Positions 60,981 to 64,000 of a stretch of 64,000 nucleotides of DNA are shown here, piece by piece. The position numbers were made by a program, and so were the translations under genes. Source of the DNA: Podarcis filfolensis (taxonomy: Eukaryota); NCBI GenBank assembly GCA_964270895.1, contig OZ185441.1. The stretch is one strand, 5' to 3'. Under the pieces are notes generated by a model. That model made no database searches. It had not been told where the DNA came from and saw only the letters and a program-made list of their open reading frames with translations. Within the stretch, counting starts at the first letter, position 1. Each line of letters opens with the position of its first letter.

Positions 60981-61244
60981 GATTATATGCTACAAAAGAA
61001 TTTGTCCAGATGTGGTGAAGGCTTTAATCACATGGGTGGTATACAGATGCTATTGTTCCTGCACAGAGATGGTGGAAGCAAATACAGCCTGGTGCGTTGG
61101 TGAGGAGGACAGGTTTGTTCACCTTCCCTCACTACACTTAAGAGCAGAAGTGTCATCTAATCTGGACAAGAATATTTTCTTAAAGTGCTTGAACATTATC
61201 AACGTATCATCACAATATGTTCAACCTACGAGGAACATTCCAAT

Positions 61245-61482
61245 CAGTGGCGAAGCTGCATGCTCTGGCACGGGGGGTGGAGAGCAGGCGGGGGCATGGC
61301 TGGCGCATGTCCCGGGGCATGGCACATCGCCCGCGGGGGTGTGGCGTGTGTCCTGGGGGCATGGTGCCCAGGGCAGTGGGGGGGTGCGTGGCACGTGTCC
61401 GGGGGGTGGCCACGATGGTACTCCCCTCCCCGATGGTGCTGGGGGCGGTGCACTCTGCCCATCCCCTGTTCCTCCACCAGTG
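61245..61482. mobile_element. GC-rich hAT-type MITE
   Basis: Termini CAGTGGCGAAG...CTCCACCAGTG; perfect 8-bp TSD ATTCCAAT. Confidence 0.85.
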
Positions 61483-61551
61483 ATTCCAATATGTCTAGAA
61501 GCCAGGATGATATATGCTTTAAAGAAAAAAGTACTGGCTATTCATAAACTT

Positions 61552-61911
61552 GAGGGATGCGAGGGGTGCTGTGGGTTAAACCACAGAGCCTAGGACTTGC
61601 AGATCAGAAGGTCGGCGGTTTGAATCCCTGCAACGGGGTGAGCTCCCATTGCTCGGTCCCTGCTCCTGCCAACCTAGCCGTTCAAAGGCACATCAAAGTG
61701 CAAGTAGATAAATAGGTACCGCTCCGGTGGGAAGGTAAACGGCATTTCCGTGAGCTGCTCTGGTTTACCAGAAGCGGCTTAGTCATGCTGGCCACATGAC
61801 TCGGAAGCTGTACGCCGGCTCCCTCGGCCAATAAAGCGAGATGAGCGCCGCAACTCCAGAGTCGGACCTAACGACTAGACCTAATCGTTAGGGGTCCCTT
61901 TACCCTTACCT
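61552..61911 (+). mobile_element. Full-length Sauria SINE
   Basis: GGGATGCGAGGGGTGCTGTGGGTTAAACCACAGAGCC...GGGGTCCCTTTACCCTTACC with a 13-bp TSD TATTCATAAACTT (61539-61551, 61912-61924). Confidence 0.93.
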
Positions 61912-62467
61912 TATTCATAAACTTTACTTCAGAAATGGAAGATCAGTTGCCACCGACTGCTGAATTACTGAACAAGCTCCTGAATATGCATGACTTGTAT
62001 GATTGGCTGGTCTGCTACGTATGCAAATGCGTTCCATTTTGTTACATGGCAATAGTGATTACAATCTGAATCTGACACAACCTTTGCTTTTTTTTTATAT
62101 GAAAACAAATGGTCATTCTGTCCATGTGGCTGTATCTCTGTGCTACTGGGAAGCAAATATTTTAAGTGGATGCTGAAGAGGCTAAGCAAAGAACTGGCTG
62201 TCTAATTTCTGGCAATCCATTGACCTTAGTCTTCACTTCAGTAAGGAGCCAGAACTGAGGATGTAGCGCTTCATAGCTTCCCCCATTCAATTGGATGCAG
62301 CTTCTGCAAGTATTTGTGTGTCTGCATCTCTGTGTGAATGTGATGCAGTCAGACCGGTTTTTGAGATATGTGGCGCCTCAGAGTATATAGTTCAGCAGAG
62401 GGCCTGCTTCCATGTGTCTCCATCTGGCCATAATGTGAGGACAAAAATAATTATTATGTACCTTCAT

Positions 62468-62856
62468 TAGGGATGGATGAATCTGTCAATTTTGCTTTCT
62501 CATTGTTTCAATCTTAATTTCATTCTCCACATTTCTGCAATGGTTTTTGATTTACCGGTATTTTAAGTCATCTTGAAAATTCATCAGCATTGCAGTGCAA
62601 TTTTCTCCTAATATACACATCTTTTGTATACAATTCTGCCTGATATACACATTTTTGCAAGCAATTTCCCCTTACAATGCCTTCTAAAACATTATTTTCA
62701 CTAATACAATGCCTTTTTATATACACTTTAATTTGCACATTTTATGCACATTATTTGGCTGGAGAACTGCATCATAAAATTCAGAGGTGTGCAAATTTGA
62801 ATGTATTGCTGTGGTTGGTTAACATATGGTTTCAGGAAATTTCCTGCCCATCCCTA
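62468..62856 (+). mobile_element. AT-rich non-autonomous DNA transposon-like element
   Basis: Inverted termini TAGGGATGG...CCATCCCTA; best-preserved member of a 4-copy family in this window; TSD not recognisable. Confidence 0.65.
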
Positions 62857-63657
62857 ATCACTGTCACTATTCAGTGGCATCTGAAAAACAGAGCATAGAT
62901 AGCTGGAAAGAGAACTGAACACAAAGCTATGTTTGCATTACCAAGAAACTTTTTTTAATTACAATTGGCAGTGACTGATATGCTGAAGAGGTAATAAAAT
63001 AGCTAAAAAGCATGTGATTCAGGAGCCTGGGGACCTGCAGAACTACTTTCTCTCCCTAAAGAGGTGGTGCCTTCAAATCAACCCACTGGAAGATTATCAT
63101 CATGAAAGGAAATTGTATGGGAAGACAAGCGCCAAGTTTTCTAGCTGCATTGAACTGGTCTGAACTCTTCTCCCTGGTGTTCCAGGTTTCCATGTGCAGA
63201 TAGGGATATGTTGTGGTTGCTTTGTAAAAGCAAGATGTAACTCCCTCCCCAGGATCAAATTCAGAAACTTACGAGGGCGTAAGTACGCAGAATAGAGAGC
63301 ATCATGTTATAACTGAATAAAACACATTTTATTTTCATGATTTAGTCTTGACTTTCCTACCCTAAGGACATAACAAAAAAACAAAGAAACCCACTTTTAA
63401 ACACACACACCTCGCTAATGATTTCTGAATGTTCACAGCTTAAGCTGGCAAGTATACGTTGAGAGAGGCCACAGAAATAACAGTCCCAGTGCCATATGTG
63501 TGATCTTGAGTAGGATTTGGGAAGTGGGTAAGACTCCCAACTGTTGAACAGCCTTATCAAAGCAAACACTCATCAGGGTGATATTTAAACGCAACTGGAA
63601 ATAGAAATGGCCAAAGAACACAGCCAGTGGATATCTCTGAAATGAAACAGCCTCCGG

Positions 63658-63662
<5 letters not shown>

Positions 63663-63734
<72 letters not shown>

Positions 63735-63750
63735 CTCTCACACACACACA
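63663..63750. repeat. (CT)n/(CA)n compound microsatellite
   Basis: Direct reading. Confidence 0.95.
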
Positions 63751-64000
63751 GAGAGAATTCTCCTATCCATGTTTTTCAAAACTCTGGCCAAACACTACTT
63801 CTTACATTTTATTTAATTGCTGATATGCTAATTTCAATGGTTGTGAAAGTGGGCTGCCCACATAAGGTCACAGATTCCTGCAAAATTCCAGACAAACTTT
63901 GGTGAGCGCGGAAAGCTTTATTTATGTTATCTTCTATATATCCCATTTTTATACTTATTAAAAGGAAAACCTGTTTTAATAAACAGCCAGCACCTACTGA

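Noticed and set aside
1-64000. CRISPR arrays, rRNA, known miRNA hairpins, endogenous viral coding genes
   Set aside because: No regularly spaced repeats, rRNA-like sequence, recognisable mature miRNA, or gag/pol/env/other viral ORFs were seen; only solo LTRs.

Overview
Vertebrate nuclear DNA from a squamate reptile. Sauria SINEs, Bov-B/RTE, CR1, L2 and L1 fragments support this; a lacertid lizard is likely but is inference. The draft assembly has three sized N-gaps. I found no recognisable host protein-coding exon, tRNA, rRNA or CRISPR array. The window reads as a large intron or gene desert densely peppered with transposable elements: solo LTRs, LINE 3' ends, SINEs, and Tc1/mariner (Tigger-like) and hAT MITEs, many with intact target-site duplications (TSDs). 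Several TE-free, homeobox-motif-rich blocks look like conserved enhancers. The most unusual signal is a set of solo LTRs from three families. Each carries a long reading frame in the presumptive U3 region with the same layout: an acidic/Pro-rich N-terminus, then a basic SPRxRR...RRSxRL-type C-terminus. The two best copies give a consensus RRRSARLQA, close to the HMGN nucleosome-binding core RRSARLSA. Two of these LTRs were themselves hit by other LTRs at almost the same position of the frame. All family assignments are from by-eye pattern recognition; no database searches were run.
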